A DNA stretch of 64,000 nt from Eledone cirrhosa (GCA_964016885.1 OZ024741.1:302870001-302934000), one strand, 5' to 3'; shown: positions 1 through 13,076, numbered from the stretch's first letter. Numbers and translations are program-made. Notes: generated from the letters alone by a model not told the origin.

Positions 1-290
1 TCTCACAAGTCTCCTTCCTCTGGCGGGATGCATTCCAGCCAGTTTTGCAGAGTTTAACGGCAATTTGGGAACCTTGGACATCAGAGGTCACGACGGTGAC
101 CGGCATGAAAAAGAAGCGGTCGGTCAAGTTTCGGTATTTGCACATCTTCCTCTCTTCAGCGTTATGGACAGCAGAGATTATGTTATGCGTCAGTATAGAA
201 AAAGGTTTCCTGCCCAGAAATATACCAAGACAACCGCAGCGAAACTGAACCCAGAGTCAGTCGTCCAATTTGAATTGTTCGTGTCTGGAA
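1..290 (-). mobile_element. Degenerate C-terminal fragment of a restriction-like-endonuclease non-LTR retrotransposon (CRE-like)
   Basis: Minus-strand translation ...AVHNAEERKMCKYRNLTDRFFFMPVTVVTSD... resembles the AExRKxxKY...F.PVAVET motif; interrupted by an RTE fragment. Confidence 0.5.
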
Positions 291-294
291 TCCT

Positions 295-610
295 TCCTTC
301 TCATTCCATCCGTATATCTGAGGGTCGGGAATCATGGGCTCATGGACCAGCACTATCCATCTTTTCCTGTTTCTTGCCATTGCCGTACATTCTGCCAAAC
401 TCCTTTCTGTCCATTCTTTAATATAATCTGTCCATCTCCTTTTCTGCAATCCCTTGGCTCTTTCCCCCTGTATTCGTCCCTCAAGGATGTGGGTAGTCAA
501 GTTGTGGGCCCTGATGACATGACCAAAATACTGAAGTTTCATTTTCTTTACTTTTTCAACCAATTGTCAATCAGCACCAATCTCTTCCAGGACAGAAATA
601 TGTCCGGAAT
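295..610 (-). mobile_element. RTE-clade LINE 3' fragment
   Basis: ORF 183..563 contains KLQYFGHVIR...ILEGRIQGERAKG..KRRWTDYIKEWT...ARNRKRW, the typical RTE ORF C-terminus. Confidence 0.85.
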
Positions 611-1276
611 GAAACGGTTTAATGTAGCGTTATTTTAATATTTGACATACCATTTTCTAATCTACCTTTAAACATAGAGTCAAGATATTTAAGGAACAGA
701 CTCAGTTGGATCAGTTTGATAATACTTGAAATGGGTCCCTAGCCAAGGTTATGGCTACCGGGATGGAGATCTCTCACTACCGAATGATCCACGAGGAGCA
801 AAAGGAACCAAAGAAGAAGACGTCTATTCTATCAGGGTTAAAATGTGATTACATAATTAACAAAAAAACTCACCAAAGGTAACTTGGATTAATATGTTCC
901 GTTCATTACAAAGCGCCGGGTGCGGAAACGAAATCATATCGCATGAGGAAAGGTAGTCCAGAAGCTTATCCATGAGGCCATCTCATGTTGACGGTTAGTT
1001 CGTAGAAATCAGTGTTAATGGTAAAGAGCTTATCGGCTTATTGTTTACAGAACCGAACGGAGGTTGCTGTGATTGTTTTGGTAGCAACACTATCGCAATC
1101 ATCGATTTTCCATCTCTGTGGATGTTGCCAGTAAAAAGTGTTTGTCTATTGATAAAACTGATACACACACGACGCGCGCGCGCGCACACAGACACAGATA
1201 CAGACACACAGACACGCTCGCACACACACATTAGTTCACAGGGTCCTTTATTGATAGTGTCGATTGAGAAGGCCAC

Positions 1277-1277
<1 letters not shown>

Positions 1278-1329
<52 letters not shown>

Positions 1330-1452
1330 CATGTATGTATATATATACATACTACTGTACGTCTGTACTCATATATGTATGTACGTATACATACTTATAT
1401 TTAGGTATCAGCCGTACTAAGAGTGAGAAATGAAATTTCGTTTCATTCTTAT

Positions 1453-1510
<58 letters not shown>

Positions 1511-1539
1511 GCATATATATATAAATACATATGTATGTA

Positions 1540-1577
<38 letters not shown>

Positions 1578-1625
1578 TATATATATAAGTAAGTATGTAT
1601 GTATATATGTATATATATATATGTG

Positions 1626-1689
<64 letters not shown>

Positions 1690-1730
1690 AAATACGTATG
1701 TATGTATGTTATATGTATATAAACAGCTTG
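1278..1730. repeat. (TA)n-rich microsatellite tract
   Basis: Direct reading. Confidence 0.95.
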
Positions 1731-2653
1731 ATCAATATCAATACACACGCGTATTTGATTATTTATTCATGCTGTCATCAGATCGTTTATCACATGTAAT
1801 ACTCACACCATCACACACATACATTTCAAACATCTCACACACACACAAACAGAGGGGGCGAGAGAAAGAGGGGAGCGTGTGATAGGAGAGAGAGAGGGTG
1901 AGCGTGGGATGGGAGAGAGAGGGGGGGGGGGGGGGCTGTGATGGGAGAGAGAGGGGGGGGGGCTGTGATGGGAGAGAGGGGGGAGGGGAGCGTGTGATGG
2001 GAGAGAAAGAGAGGCAGAGAGAGAGAGAGAGAGAGATATAAGACACAGAGAGAGAGAGTATCATGTACATAATAGAAGGTTCAGCACTTCTAGGTTTTAG
2101 TACGTTGAAATAGTTTCTATACACAGATAAGGCACACATTCATACATGTGTGTGTGTCTGTCTGACTGCCTGTCTGTCTGCCTGTCTGCCTGTCTGCCTG
2201 TCTGCTTGTCTGTCTGTCTGTCTGTCAGCCTGCCTGCATGTCTGCCTGCCTGCATGTATGTGAATGTATCTGTATGTGCGTGTATATGTGTGTATGAGTA
2301 TGGGTGTATGTATAAGTGTATGTATACATCAATGTAAATGCATGCATGTGTCTGTCGGTATGCATGTGCGTTTATATGTCTGTGTGCTAGTGTGCATGTG
2401 TGCGAATGTACGTGTGTGTACGTGCATGGTTAGTTTACATTGGCACAGTGTATGAAATATACCAGTGATGTTGTAATGTTCTTGTTCTTGTTCTTGGTAA
2501 AAGCATTAGTATCGTAAATGAAATGAACTGGTTACCACAGCCATTGGCAAACCTATCACACCTTCCCACCTTCCCACAACCACTAACACGCATACATACG
2601 AATGTACGTGTGTATTCTGTCTATGTGAACATGTGCTTTCCAATCTAATACCG

Positions 2654-2852
<199 letters not shown>

Positions 2853-3173
2853 ATACATATTACGTAAGTTGGAGTGATGATTTCGGATTCATAGAAACAT
2901 ATCGGAGGTATTGCAGAATATCGTTCGATTTGTCCAGATCTGTTGTCTAACCTCATTAGTTTTTTCGTTGTTTTGGTATTGTATGGCTAGGTCTACCTGC
3001 CGCAATTTTCAATTTGTCAAGCTGTCTAAACGTATGTTATTACTCTAAGGCCCGACCTTATTGAGTGCTTTGCTACTCATTTCTAATTGTAGGTTGCTAT
3101 GCTTGGCCGCAGCCAAAGCTTCGATTTTACTAAGCTTCCACTTGTATACACACACACACAGATACACCCCCCC

Positions 3174-3212
<39 letters not shown>

Positions 3213-3372
3213 ATACTTTGGGAGGGTCATGTTGCCAATAAGAAACACACGCACCAGTTGCTTTCACTTCAATTTATTATATATTTATAAATTTATAAAT
3301 TTACAAATCTACAAACTTATAAATTTCTGGTTGGTTGGTTGGTTCCACAACCAGATAGTTGTTTATATATAT

Positions 3373-3417
3373 AGTCATAGTCCTTTCGTCACACACTCTG
3401 TGACCTCTTCAGTGACT
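3373..3417 (-). ncRNA. Minimal type I hammerhead ribozyme
   Basis: AGTCA-CTGAAGA-G-GTCAC(agagtgt)GTGAC-GAAA-GGAC-TA^TGACT. Confidence 0.85.
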
Positions 3418-3623
3418 GGGGATTCCTTTCTTTGTTTCTGTGCCTTTCCTTTCTTCTGTCCTACGCCATTTTGTTTCTGTGTGTGTGTGTTGTGTGCTCA
3501 GTTTGCGCATGCGCCACATCCGGGTGTCTGTGTGTGTTTGTGTTCATTTATCTATTTGTTTATTTATTTACATGTTGTTGGTTGGTTGTTTGTTCTATGT
3601 GTGTGTGTGTTTTCATTTTGTCC

Positions 3624-6600
3624 TTAATTGTAAGTTGTGATGTTGCTGTTCCACTCATATTTTCTATTTAATTTTGGTTGTAATTCTTTTATGCTTACTG
3701 CCTCTGTAATTTGCCTAAACATTGCATCTTTTCTGTGTGTGGATTCTATTTTTATTTCTATGTTTTCTAATTTACCCTTGTGTTCTATCTTAGCATGTTG
3801 GTAGAGTACAGATGATTCTTTATTATCTTGAAGGTCTCGCCAGTGTTCATTTATTCGTTCCCCTATACTACGAGCTGTCTCACCTATGTACACTATATTT
3901 TTGTTTCTACATTGTCCTTCAGTACATCTTATGCTATACACTACATTTCTAGTTTTACAGTTAATATGGGGGCTTATTTTACAGGTTATACATTTCTTAT
4001 CTATACATGAGGGTCTTTGGAACGGGTATGTCTTGCTAATAAGTGTTTTTACGGAGGTACCTGGTCTTTCTACTATCTTAATATTGAGTTTATGTTTATT
4101 TAGGGCCCTTCTAAATTTGTAGGCTAGTTCGCCTCTAGGGGTTGTATTGATGAACATTACACTCTGGTATTTATTGCTATCATACCATGAGTTTATTCTA
4201 TTGGCCTTGTTCCTAGTTCTTTCTACTCTATTCCAAAATTTGCTCCTATACAAGGGGCAGGTCCCATTTATGTCATTATTTACCATTTTTTCCCATTTGG
4301 TTCTGGCTCCTCTATACACTCTGATTCTATCTCTCTGATTGTAGCCAGAGAACTGCATACGGTGGATGAAGTGTTGTATGTGTCTCTCTAGTTCTTCGGG
4401 GTTGCACATGCGGGACACATTTCTCATCACCCGTACCAAATCCGCAATCTATGTTGATTTTGGTATGGTCCGAAATGGCCGAGTTTCGGTGGATCAGATG
4501 TTTGGAAGTCATGGGTTTGGCATAATGGGAATGGAGGATTTGTTTTTGGTTGTTAATGGTATCTAACCAGAGCTCTGTGTCTAGTACAGGTAATCGATGG
4601 TTGGGGTGTCTACTTGGGTAGTCTATAGTAACTCTAATGCTCTGGTGGATGGAGTTTGCTATTTGCTGGATGCTTTGCATTGTGTTTTTCTCTAGTTCCT
4701 GACTGTTCTTTAGTGGGGGTGTCTTAACTACGATGTTTATATCATCTACGTAGCGGGAGTACATTATCAGGGTTAAGCTGTCTTCTAATTGTTCTTTAAG
4801 TTTTTGTTTAAGTCTACTGTCCCACCATACCATGAATAAGTTAGCTATGTCGCCTGCAATGCTAACACCAATGGCTGCTCCTTAAATTTGAACATATGTT
4901 CCTTAAGGGTTAATTTTATGCTGGCCCCTACCGCATGTGCAATAATTTTCTTCAGTTCATCGTGGTTTTCGGGTGTCCGTATGGCTCTGGTCCACCCGTT
5001 CCATCTATCTGTGTGGGTTTTCTTGGCCATTGAGGTAATGGTAGGTGGTCTGCCTCTTGCTGGTCTTGTAGGGCACAGGTTGCCAAGGTCATAAGTATCT
5101 AGGTAACTATTACTATGGGTAAGCTTAAGTAGAAGTCCCAGCTCACTGGTATCAATCCCACGGAACTCAACCTTGCTCTCGCTGATCATTTCTACGCATT
5201 TCTCCACAGCAAAATCCACGTCAATAGATGGATACAGGGACACAACATCCATAATGCCTATTATGCAGTTTGTTAGGTCCCCAGATCGGTTACTCACGCC
5301 GATTCTGCTGAGGAGGTCCTCCGTGCTGTCACATACATCTGGGGACATCTCAATGATGGGGCGTATGATCAGGGAGAGGAAGTAGGACAGTCTGTAGTTA
5401 CTAGCAATGTTAGCTCCACAGACTGGCCGTGTTGGTGGTCCCGCGACAGGGTCACAGCCCGTTTTATGGTCTTTTCGAAGCCCATACAACGCCGGCACGT
5501 CATTGTTCCAGGCCTGGAAGTTGTTGGCAGTCCTTTTGTTGGGCTGCATTATATTCGTCCACATCACCATATGGGCATTGAGGGCTTTTTCTCTATCCTC
5601 ATGCTCCTGTGGTGTTACCTCTCTTGTGTTAGTGATGTGGGGTTGCATTGCCTGGATGTAGTTTGGCAGGCTGTCAACCGACATTCTGCCAGACTTGTCT
5701 GTTGGAAAGCATGCTATCTCTCCATTACGCGAGCGCTGCATGAGCTTACGCAAGCCATTTGCAGATTTTTCTCCCAGTTGCTGGGCCTCTATTCTATTAT
5801 GCTTCTTGCTATACTGTTCTATAATATTTCTAAGTTCGGATTTAGCTATACTAAATTGTGCTTCTGTTTGTTCATCGACCTGCGACGGCAACTGCGTGCG
5901 TTTGTTAAATGGTAAAGTCGTGGCGTGGACTCGTCGCAGGTCGAATGATTTATCGGAGGGATTATAAAACGGAGAGTTCCAGGCTGCTGCTTTATGTGTA
6001 CTAGTGCTATTGTTATTGTTAGTTGTGTTGTTTCTATTTCTATTTCCACCAACAGCCTCATGGTTGTTTCTATGTCTCTCATAATTACTCCTGTCTCTTT
6101 CCACTGGCTCAATGTTGTTATCTACCCTATTTTGTGTGTCTGTGTGTTCGTCTTGGTTATTCTCTTTGTCCTTAGTCTCCCATCTCCTTTTCCTTTTAAT
6201 CTTATTACTTTCCCTTATTTCTCTGATTTCTGTGCTACTGTCATTATTTGTTTTCTGTGTCTGTGTGTTTGTTAAGATTGTGGTGGTGGTGAGAGGCATT
6301 GAATGCGTGTGTGTTGTTGTTGTTGATGTGTGCTGTTGTTGACGTGTGTTGTTGTTGTCTCCGTGTGTGTTATCGTTGTTGTGTGTGTTGTTATTGTTGT
6401 TTGTGTCTGCGTGTCTGTTGTTGTTGTTTCTGGGTATGTTGCTATTGTTGTTGTTTTTGATGTGTGTGTTGTTGTTATTGTTGTTTGTGTCTGTGTGTCT
6501 GTTGTTGTTGGGATGTGTGTTGTATATGTGTGTGCGTATATTGTTGCTTTTGTTTTTGATGCTCCAGCGTAGTTTTGTAAATGATTTTTCTATTTCTGAC

Positions 6601-6687
6601 AGACAACTAATCATATTTACCTTCTTGAATGTCGCAAATTTGGGCGGCAGACATAACACAGACATTTCATCATTATCTATTTTTGGT
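3624..6687 (-). pseudogene. PLE polyprotein (reverse transcriptase + GIY-YIG endonuclease) with two frameshifts (about 4883 and about 4452)
   Basis: Motifs LCLPPKF, PTDKSG, LYGLRKDHK..PTRPVC, MDVVSLYPSI, GAAIGVSIAGDIANLFMVWWD, YSRYVDDI, a Cys-rich linker, NVVYSIRC...YIGETARSIGERINEH...EAVSI...LNRKYEW, spread over ORFs 4845..6827, 4327..4833 and 3624..4439. Confidence 0.93.
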
Positions 6688-7089
6688 ACCTCCGTAAAAA
6701 CACTTATTAGCAAGACATACCCGTTCCAAAGACCCTCATGTATAGATAAGAAATGTAAAACTAGAAATGTAGTGTATAGCATAAGATGTACTGAAGGACA
6801 ATGTAGAAACAAAAATATAGTGTACATAGGTGAGACAGCTCGTAGTATAGGGGAACGAATAAATGAACACTGGCGAGACCTTCAAGATAATAAAGAATCA
6901 TCTGTACTCTACCAACATGCTAAGATAGAACACAAGGGTAAATTAGAGAACATAGAAATAAAAATAGAATCCACACACAGAAAAGATGCAATGTTTAGGC
7001 AAATTACAGAGGCAGTAAGCATAAAAGAATTACAACCAAAATTAAATAGAAAATATGAGTGGAACAGCAACATCACAACTTACAATTAA
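6685..7089 (+). pseudogene. Inverted duplicate of the GIY-YIG endonuclease coding region
   Basis: C-terminal part of ORF 6346..7089 matches 3624..4062 except for a 33-nt deletion. Confidence 0.92.
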
Positions 7090-7295
7090 GGACAAAATGA
7101 AAACACACACACACATAGAACAAACAACCAACCAACAACATGTAAATAAATAAACAAATAGATAAATGAACACAAACACACACAGACACCCGGATGTGGC
7201 GCATGCGCAAACTGAGCACACAACACACACACACAGAAACAAAATGGCGTAGGACAGAAGAAAGGAAAGGCACAGAAACAAAGAAAGGAATCCCC

Positions 7296-7340
7296 AGTCA
7301 CTGAAGAGGTCACAGAGTGTGTGACGAAAGGACTATGACT
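7296..7340 (+). ncRNA. Minimal type I hammerhead ribozyme (inverted copy)
   Basis: Same sequence as 3373-3417; 5-bp stem I and 5-bp stem II. Confidence 0.85.
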
Positions 7341-7562
7341 ATATATATAAACAACTATCTGGTTGTGGAACCAACCAACCAACCAGAAATTTATAAGTTT
7401 GTAGATTTGTAAATTTATAAATTTATAAATATATAATAAATTGAAGTGAAAGCAACTGGTGAGTGTGTTTCTTATTGGCAACATGACCCTCCCAAAGTAT
7501 AACAATATCGGTTTCAACACACGACATCAGATAAAGAATCTTGCTAAACAAATTCAGAAACG

Positions 7563-7662
<100 letters not shown>

Positions 7663-7974
7663 TGAGAGAGAGAGCGAGAGAGTTAGTTTCACAACAAATG
7701 TATGTATGTATGTATGTATGTATGTATGTATGTATGTATGTATGTCGATAAAATAAAGCACCAGTAATCTACTGGGTTATTGCTGGCCTTGTGCCAAAAG
7801 CAGAAACAATTATTTAATAAAGTCAGTTACCTGTATCGTGAGGCTATAAATACGAGAATGTGTATTTGTATGTATTATATATGACCATCTCTACACAGTT
7901 AGAAATGACATCTTGTTGTAGAGTTCCTCGTGGAAAAAATACGATATTACCCGAGCTAGAAATTTTAGATGTAA

Positions 7975-8180
7975 TTGTGTCTACTTTAGGCACAAGGCCA
8001 GTAATTTGAAAGGGAGTGGAAAGTCGATTAAATCGATCCCAGTACTTTATTAGGGCTTTATTCTATCGGGCCCTATGTATGAAAGGGAAAGTTAACCTCG
8101 ACGGGATTTTAACTCAGAATTTAAGAGGTTTAACTATGCTGCAAACGAGGGTGTCTGGTGCTCTACCGAGATTGCCAACA
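7975..8180 (-). mobile_element. tRNA-derived cephalopod SINE (OK-like)
   Basis: ggcacaaggcc...aaagttaacctcg...aactcagaa consensus shared with about 30 copies in the window. Confidence 0.8.
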
Positions 8181-9332
8181 CATCAAAATAGGAATGCAAA
8201 CGCTACAACATTAGTTTCATCAATATGACCACTCGATATACATCAGAATGTATATCTGAATATATTACATAATGTGACCGCCTCTACACATCCGAAATTA
8301 TGTGGTGTACCTTGTATATTTTAGGACATGTCAACCTCTATCGGGCAGAAAATATTGTATTATATAGTATGACCTCTTTTACATTCAGTTTCATGAAAAA
8401 TGATTTAATATTACGTGATCTCAGCGAAATATATAGAACATTTTTGTAAATTACTCTATCATTCCAGTCATTAATTTAGAGCAAGGTGAGATTTACAAGA
8501 GATGGAATATTCCAAAGGCCGTGGGGGTGAAAGGCAAGGTTGGCCTCGGCGGGATTTGGACTCAGAATGGCAGGGGCCGTAACTCTATACGTCAGAGCAT
8601 GGCGTCCGACCCTCTACCGATGCTGCCAACTGGCATAACCATTTCATTTGAACATTGCCCTTGAATACATCGTCGGGTATTTGTGTCTATTTATGAATTT
8701 TTCTTCAACACATTATGGTGTAGAGTTGTGGTAATCTTTGAAAATTAGTCTTTAGTGATGAGCCAAATTTATCTTCTAAATCTTTCGTGTTATATTATCA
8801 AGCGTTATATGCCGAGAGTGGGGAACCTCTGGGAGCCTTTGATATAATCTTGACTGCAAGTTATAGTAAAGTATGAAGTTGACTCTACATTGTTTCTGTT
8901 TGTGTTTATAGATATTGGAATATCATATAACATACATTAATATACACCAGTTGCTGGTGTGTAGAGGTGGTCGTATTTTCTCTATAACTAAAGTTTTTCT
9001 GTATGCATTCTATGCATTACCAGTTTCTGAGTTCGGAGAATGACAACATATAGTTTAAATCCTGCTCCCTCTAAAATATCAGTTCAGAGGCTATTTAAAG
9101 ACGGCCATGTTGAGGAGTTATATATATCCTACCATAGAGGTGGTCTTATTGGTGAAACTAATATACTGTTGTTGAGATTGCATTGCCATTTTAGTGGTGT
9201 CATAATTACATTTAGTTTGGTAGATTGGTAGTATCGGTAGAGCACCGGAGACCCTGATTTGTAGCTTAGTGAGATCAGCCAAACAAATTTTTGCCTAAAA
9301 AAGAGGAAGAGTTACTGAGGGTAAGAGTGAAT

Positions 9333-9367
<35 letters not shown>

Positions 9368-9414
9368 TGTTGTAGAGATTTCACTGCCATTTTAGTGATG
9401 TCATTATTACATTT

Positions 9415-9575
9415 AGGGTGGTGGATTAGCAGCATCGGTAGAGCACCGGACACCTTGCTTTGCAGCATAGTTAAACCCCTTAAGTTGTGAGTTAAAATAC
9501 CGTCGAGGTTAGCTTTACCTTTCATACTTATGGGATCAATAAAATAAAGCCCTAGTACTGGGATCGATTTAATCT
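9415..9575 (+). mobile_element. SINE (OK-like)
   Basis: Matches the window consensus. Confidence 0.75.
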
Positions 9576-9879
9576 CTCTACAGAGGGGTGTTGACAAAAC
9601 AGTGTGCGCCCAAAGGGGCAGTGTCTGAAAATAGGTTGGGAAACCCAGCCCTAAAATATCAATCTTTATTTAGTGACGAAAGGTGTCCAACATCGGCGGG
9701 CTCTTTTGCTAGTATAATATATATCCTGGTATAGAGGGGGGGGGGTCTTATTAATAAACTAATATACTGTTGTTGAGATTGCACTGCCATTTTGCTAGTG
9801 AAGCATTGGGATCAATTTAATCAACTCTACACCCCCCCATCAAATAGCTCGACTTGTGCCTAAAATAAAAGCCTTTATT

Positions 9880-10090
9880 AAGGGCGGGGGATTGGCAGAA
9901 TTGGAGGATTGTCAGACACCTTGCTTTGCAACATAATTACGCTTCTTTACGGCCTGAGTTCAAATCCTGCGTAGGTTATCTTTGCCCTTCATACTTACGG
10001 GATCAATGGGATAAAGTACTGGATCGATTTAATCGACTTTCCCCTCTCACAACATTGCTGGCCTTGTGCCTGAAGTGGAGGCAATTACAA
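9880..10090 (+). mobile_element. SINE (OK-like)
   Basis: ggcgggggattggcag...gagttcaaatcc...gccttgtgcc. Confidence 0.75.
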
Positions 10091-10185
10091 TTAAAATTTC
10101 TAGCTCAGGTAATATCGTATTTTTTCTATGGTGAAATCTAAAACAAAATGTTTCAAAAGGTGTTGTTCCTAATACTGTATATATA

Positions 10186-10868
10186 ATGTCAGGTCACCAG
10201 TTGGTGCTACTGGTAACATGTATCCCAGTACAACCTGTCTCATGGTCGGGTCGTTGGCGACTAAACTGGTAACCCCACCAAGGTTTCTTGGTGAGGAGGG
10301 TGACTTTGGACATCCTGCAGGACTAAAAACAAAACCTGTCAAAGGGCAAAGGAGCTCTTAAGAGTCAATGGCCATCCAAAATCACCGGGAGAGATGACCC
10401 CTTAGCCTTTGTCAAGGCAGAATTCTAGGAGAAGGAAAACTCTGATATAACACCTGCAACTCTGATGGTATCCAATGATGTTGACTTGTTCTTCTTTTTG
10501 GTAAATATCATCTTGGTTAAGAGAGTGGGACTGGCTTTGTGCAGTGCCTTTGCTCACTATAAAAGCTTTACGGCACAGGCATTGCTTTATACCTGGAGAT
10601 CTCTCTGCACTTGTCGTCACATGGTACCATGGGCCCAGCACTATGTGTCAATAATTGTCACAAGTGTAGTGTTTGTACCAGAGTGTTCAAGTTGCTGGCT
10701 GGACTAAAAAGTCACACTAGTTCAGCGCATCGGTAGAAGTTCTCCTACATGGATATAAAGTAGTGGCTGTACTCGAAAACGAGTTGGCAGCCACCATGTA
10801 TGTATGTATGTATGTATGTATGTATGTATGTATGTATGTATGTATGTATGTATGTATGTATGTATGTA
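10186..10868 (+). mobile_element. Non-autonomous bipartite RTE-derived element, copy 1, with (TATG)n tail
   Basis: 3' part encodes HKCSVCTRVFKLLAGLKSHTSSAHR* (RTE C2H2 terminus), followed by the hairpin GTGGCTGTACTCGAAAACGAGTTGGCAGCCAC and a microsatellite tail. Confidence 0.65.
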
Positions 10869-10874
10869 TATTGG

Positions 10875-11475
10875 TGTCAGGTCACCAGTTGGTGCTACTG
10901 GTAACATGTATCCCAGTACAACCTGTCTCATGGTCGGGTCGTTGGCGACTAAACTGGCAACCCCACCAAGGTTTCTTGGTGAGGAGGGTGAATTTGGACA
11001 TCCCGCAGGACTAAAAATAAAACCTGTCAAAGGGCAAAGGAGCTCTTAAGAGTCAATGGCCATCCAAAATCACTGGGAGAGATGACCCCTTAGCCTTTGT
11101 CAAGGCAGAATTCTAGGAGGAGGAAAACTCTGATATAACACGTGCAACCCTGATGGTATCCAATGATGTTGACTTGTTCTTCTTTTTGGTAAATATCATC
11201 TTGGTTAAGAGAGTGGGACTGGCTTTGTGCAGTGCCTTTGCTCACTATAAAAGCTTCACGGTACAGGCATTGCTTTATATCTGGAGATCTCTCTGCACTT
11301 GTCGTCACATGGTATCATGGGCCCAGCACTATGTGTCAATAATTGTCACAAGTGTAGTGTTTGTACCAGAGTTTTCAAGTCGCTGGCTGGACTAAAAAGT
11401 CACACTAGTTCAGCGCATCGGTAGAAGTTCTAAAATGGATATAAAGTAGTGGCCGTACTCGAAAACGAGTTGGCA

Positions 11476-11479
<4 letters not shown>
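10875..11479 (+). mobile_element. Non-autonomous bipartite RTE-derived element, copy 2 (tandem)
   Basis: Highly similar direct repeat of 10186-10796; ends in (TA)n. Confidence 0.7.
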
Positions 11480-11536
<57 letters not shown>

Positions 11537-11541
<5 letters not shown>

Positions 11542-11910
11542 AAAGAATAGAGGTGTAACACACAAGTTATTATATATTGGTAAACGGAATAGAAAATGCT
11601 GACAAATTGTTCACAGTTGAAAAATGGTTTAATTAGGAATAAAAGAGTATTAGTAATTGTATGGGTTAGTATTCAGTTGTGGTTTTAAGTTTTTAAGTTT
11701 TTACCGGTTGCGCATTTCTAAATGCTTTTCAAAAATAATTTTGAGATAGAGTGTCCGTGTTGTTTGCTCTGATCTGATCTGAACCGGTAAAAACTTAAAA
11801 ACTTAAAACCACAACTGAATACTAACCCATACAATTACTAATACTCTTTTATTCCTAATTAAACCATTTTTCAACTGTGAACAATTTGTCAGCATTTTCT
11901 ATTCCGTTTA

Positions 11911-11918
<8 letters not shown>
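11537..11918. mobile_element. Small fold-back PLE remnant between (TA)n tracts
   Basis: Inverted arms 11571-11709 and 11782-11920; degenerate hammerhead TTGAAAA-GCATT/AATGC-GCAA-CCGG-TA on the minus strand near 11699-11736. Confidence 0.7.
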
Positions 11919-11948
<30 letters not shown>

Positions 11949-12139
11949 TAATTTAATATATCAACTAACATAAGCGCACAGATGCACGCCCATGCCAGCA
12001 AATACACAGGTTATGTCATAGTACCTAGGTGGTTCAATGCAGGAGAATGCAGAACAATAATATAAAGGACGTAAAATAAGAAAATATTTTTTTTTTTTTT
12101 TTTTAAATTAAAAAAAATTTTTTTCTTACTTAAATTTTC

Positions 12140-12221
12140 ACTCCAACTAATTAGTTTCTGCAATGGGATAAAGACAGTTATGTAATCCAACTGTCGAGAA
12201 TTCATTGCGTCATCAGGAAGT
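12140..12221 (-). ncRNA. Type I hammerhead ribozyme
   Basis: ACTTC-CTGATGA-cGCAATG..GACAGTT/AACTGTC..CATTGCa-GAAA-CTAATTAG-TT^GGAGT. Confidence 0.8.
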
Positions 12222-12994
12222 CTATTCTCAGTTAAGTCTCCAGGCAATGCGCGGACACTGGCGGCTCATATAAAAATAATAATAATTCGGTAGATCGAAC
12301 AGCTTGCGAGGACTGGATTCTATGTACCGAAATTCTCACTGCTTCAAGTCAAATGGCCGATTCTAAAGAATCAATCACGTGACACAGAGGCTAGTTAGAA
12401 GGAATGGGATGGTAAGATGACTGACGCCTACTAACACCCCAAAAAAAAATTTTTTTAGAAGTGGTTTTGACAAGTTTGCTCGACAAATCAGTGATTTGGA
12501 GATAAATATAGATAATTTAATATATCAACTAACATAAGCGCACAGATGCACGCCCATGCCAGCAAATACACAGGTTATGTCATAGTACCTAGGTGGTTCA
12601 ATGCAGGAGAATGCAGAACAATAATATAAAGGACGTAAAATAAGAAAATATTTGCTGGCATGGGCGTGCATCTGTGCGCTTATGTTAGTTGATATATTAA
12701 ATTATCTATATTTATCTCCAAATCACTGATTTGTCGAGCAAACTTGTCAAAACCACTTCTAAAAAAATTTTTTTTGGGGTGTTAGTAGGCGTCAGTCATC
12801 TTACCATCCCATTCCTTCTAACTAGCCTCTGTGTCACGTGATTGATTCTTTAGAATCGGCCATTTGACTTGAAGCAGTGAGAATTTCGGTACATAGAATC
12901 CAGTCCTCGCAAGCTGTTCGATCTACCGAATTATTATTATTTTTATATGAGCCGCCAGTGTCCGCGCATTGCCTGGAGACTTAACTGAGAATAG

Positions 12995-13076
12995 ACTTCC
13001 TGATGACGCAATGAATTCTCGACAGTTGGATTACATAACTGTCTTTATCCCATTGCAGAAACTAATTAGTTGGAGT
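12995..13076 (+). ncRNA. Type I hammerhead ribozyme (inverted copy)
   Basis: As above; palindromic stem III ACTAATTAGT. Confidence 0.8.

Noticed and set aside
2870-2966. Possible degenerate hammerhead (CTAATGA...GAAA) on the minus strand
   Set aside because: Core is mutated and stems I and III are unconvincing; not listed as a feature.
3624-6687. Selenocysteine recoding/SECIS as in some Naiad PLEs
   Set aside because: The disruptions are frameshifting deletions, not in-frame TGA codons, and GIY-YIG is C-terminal.
6690-6827. N-terminus of ORF 4845..6827
   Set aside because: Antisense read-through of the inverted arm; the true element is 5'-truncated at about 6690.
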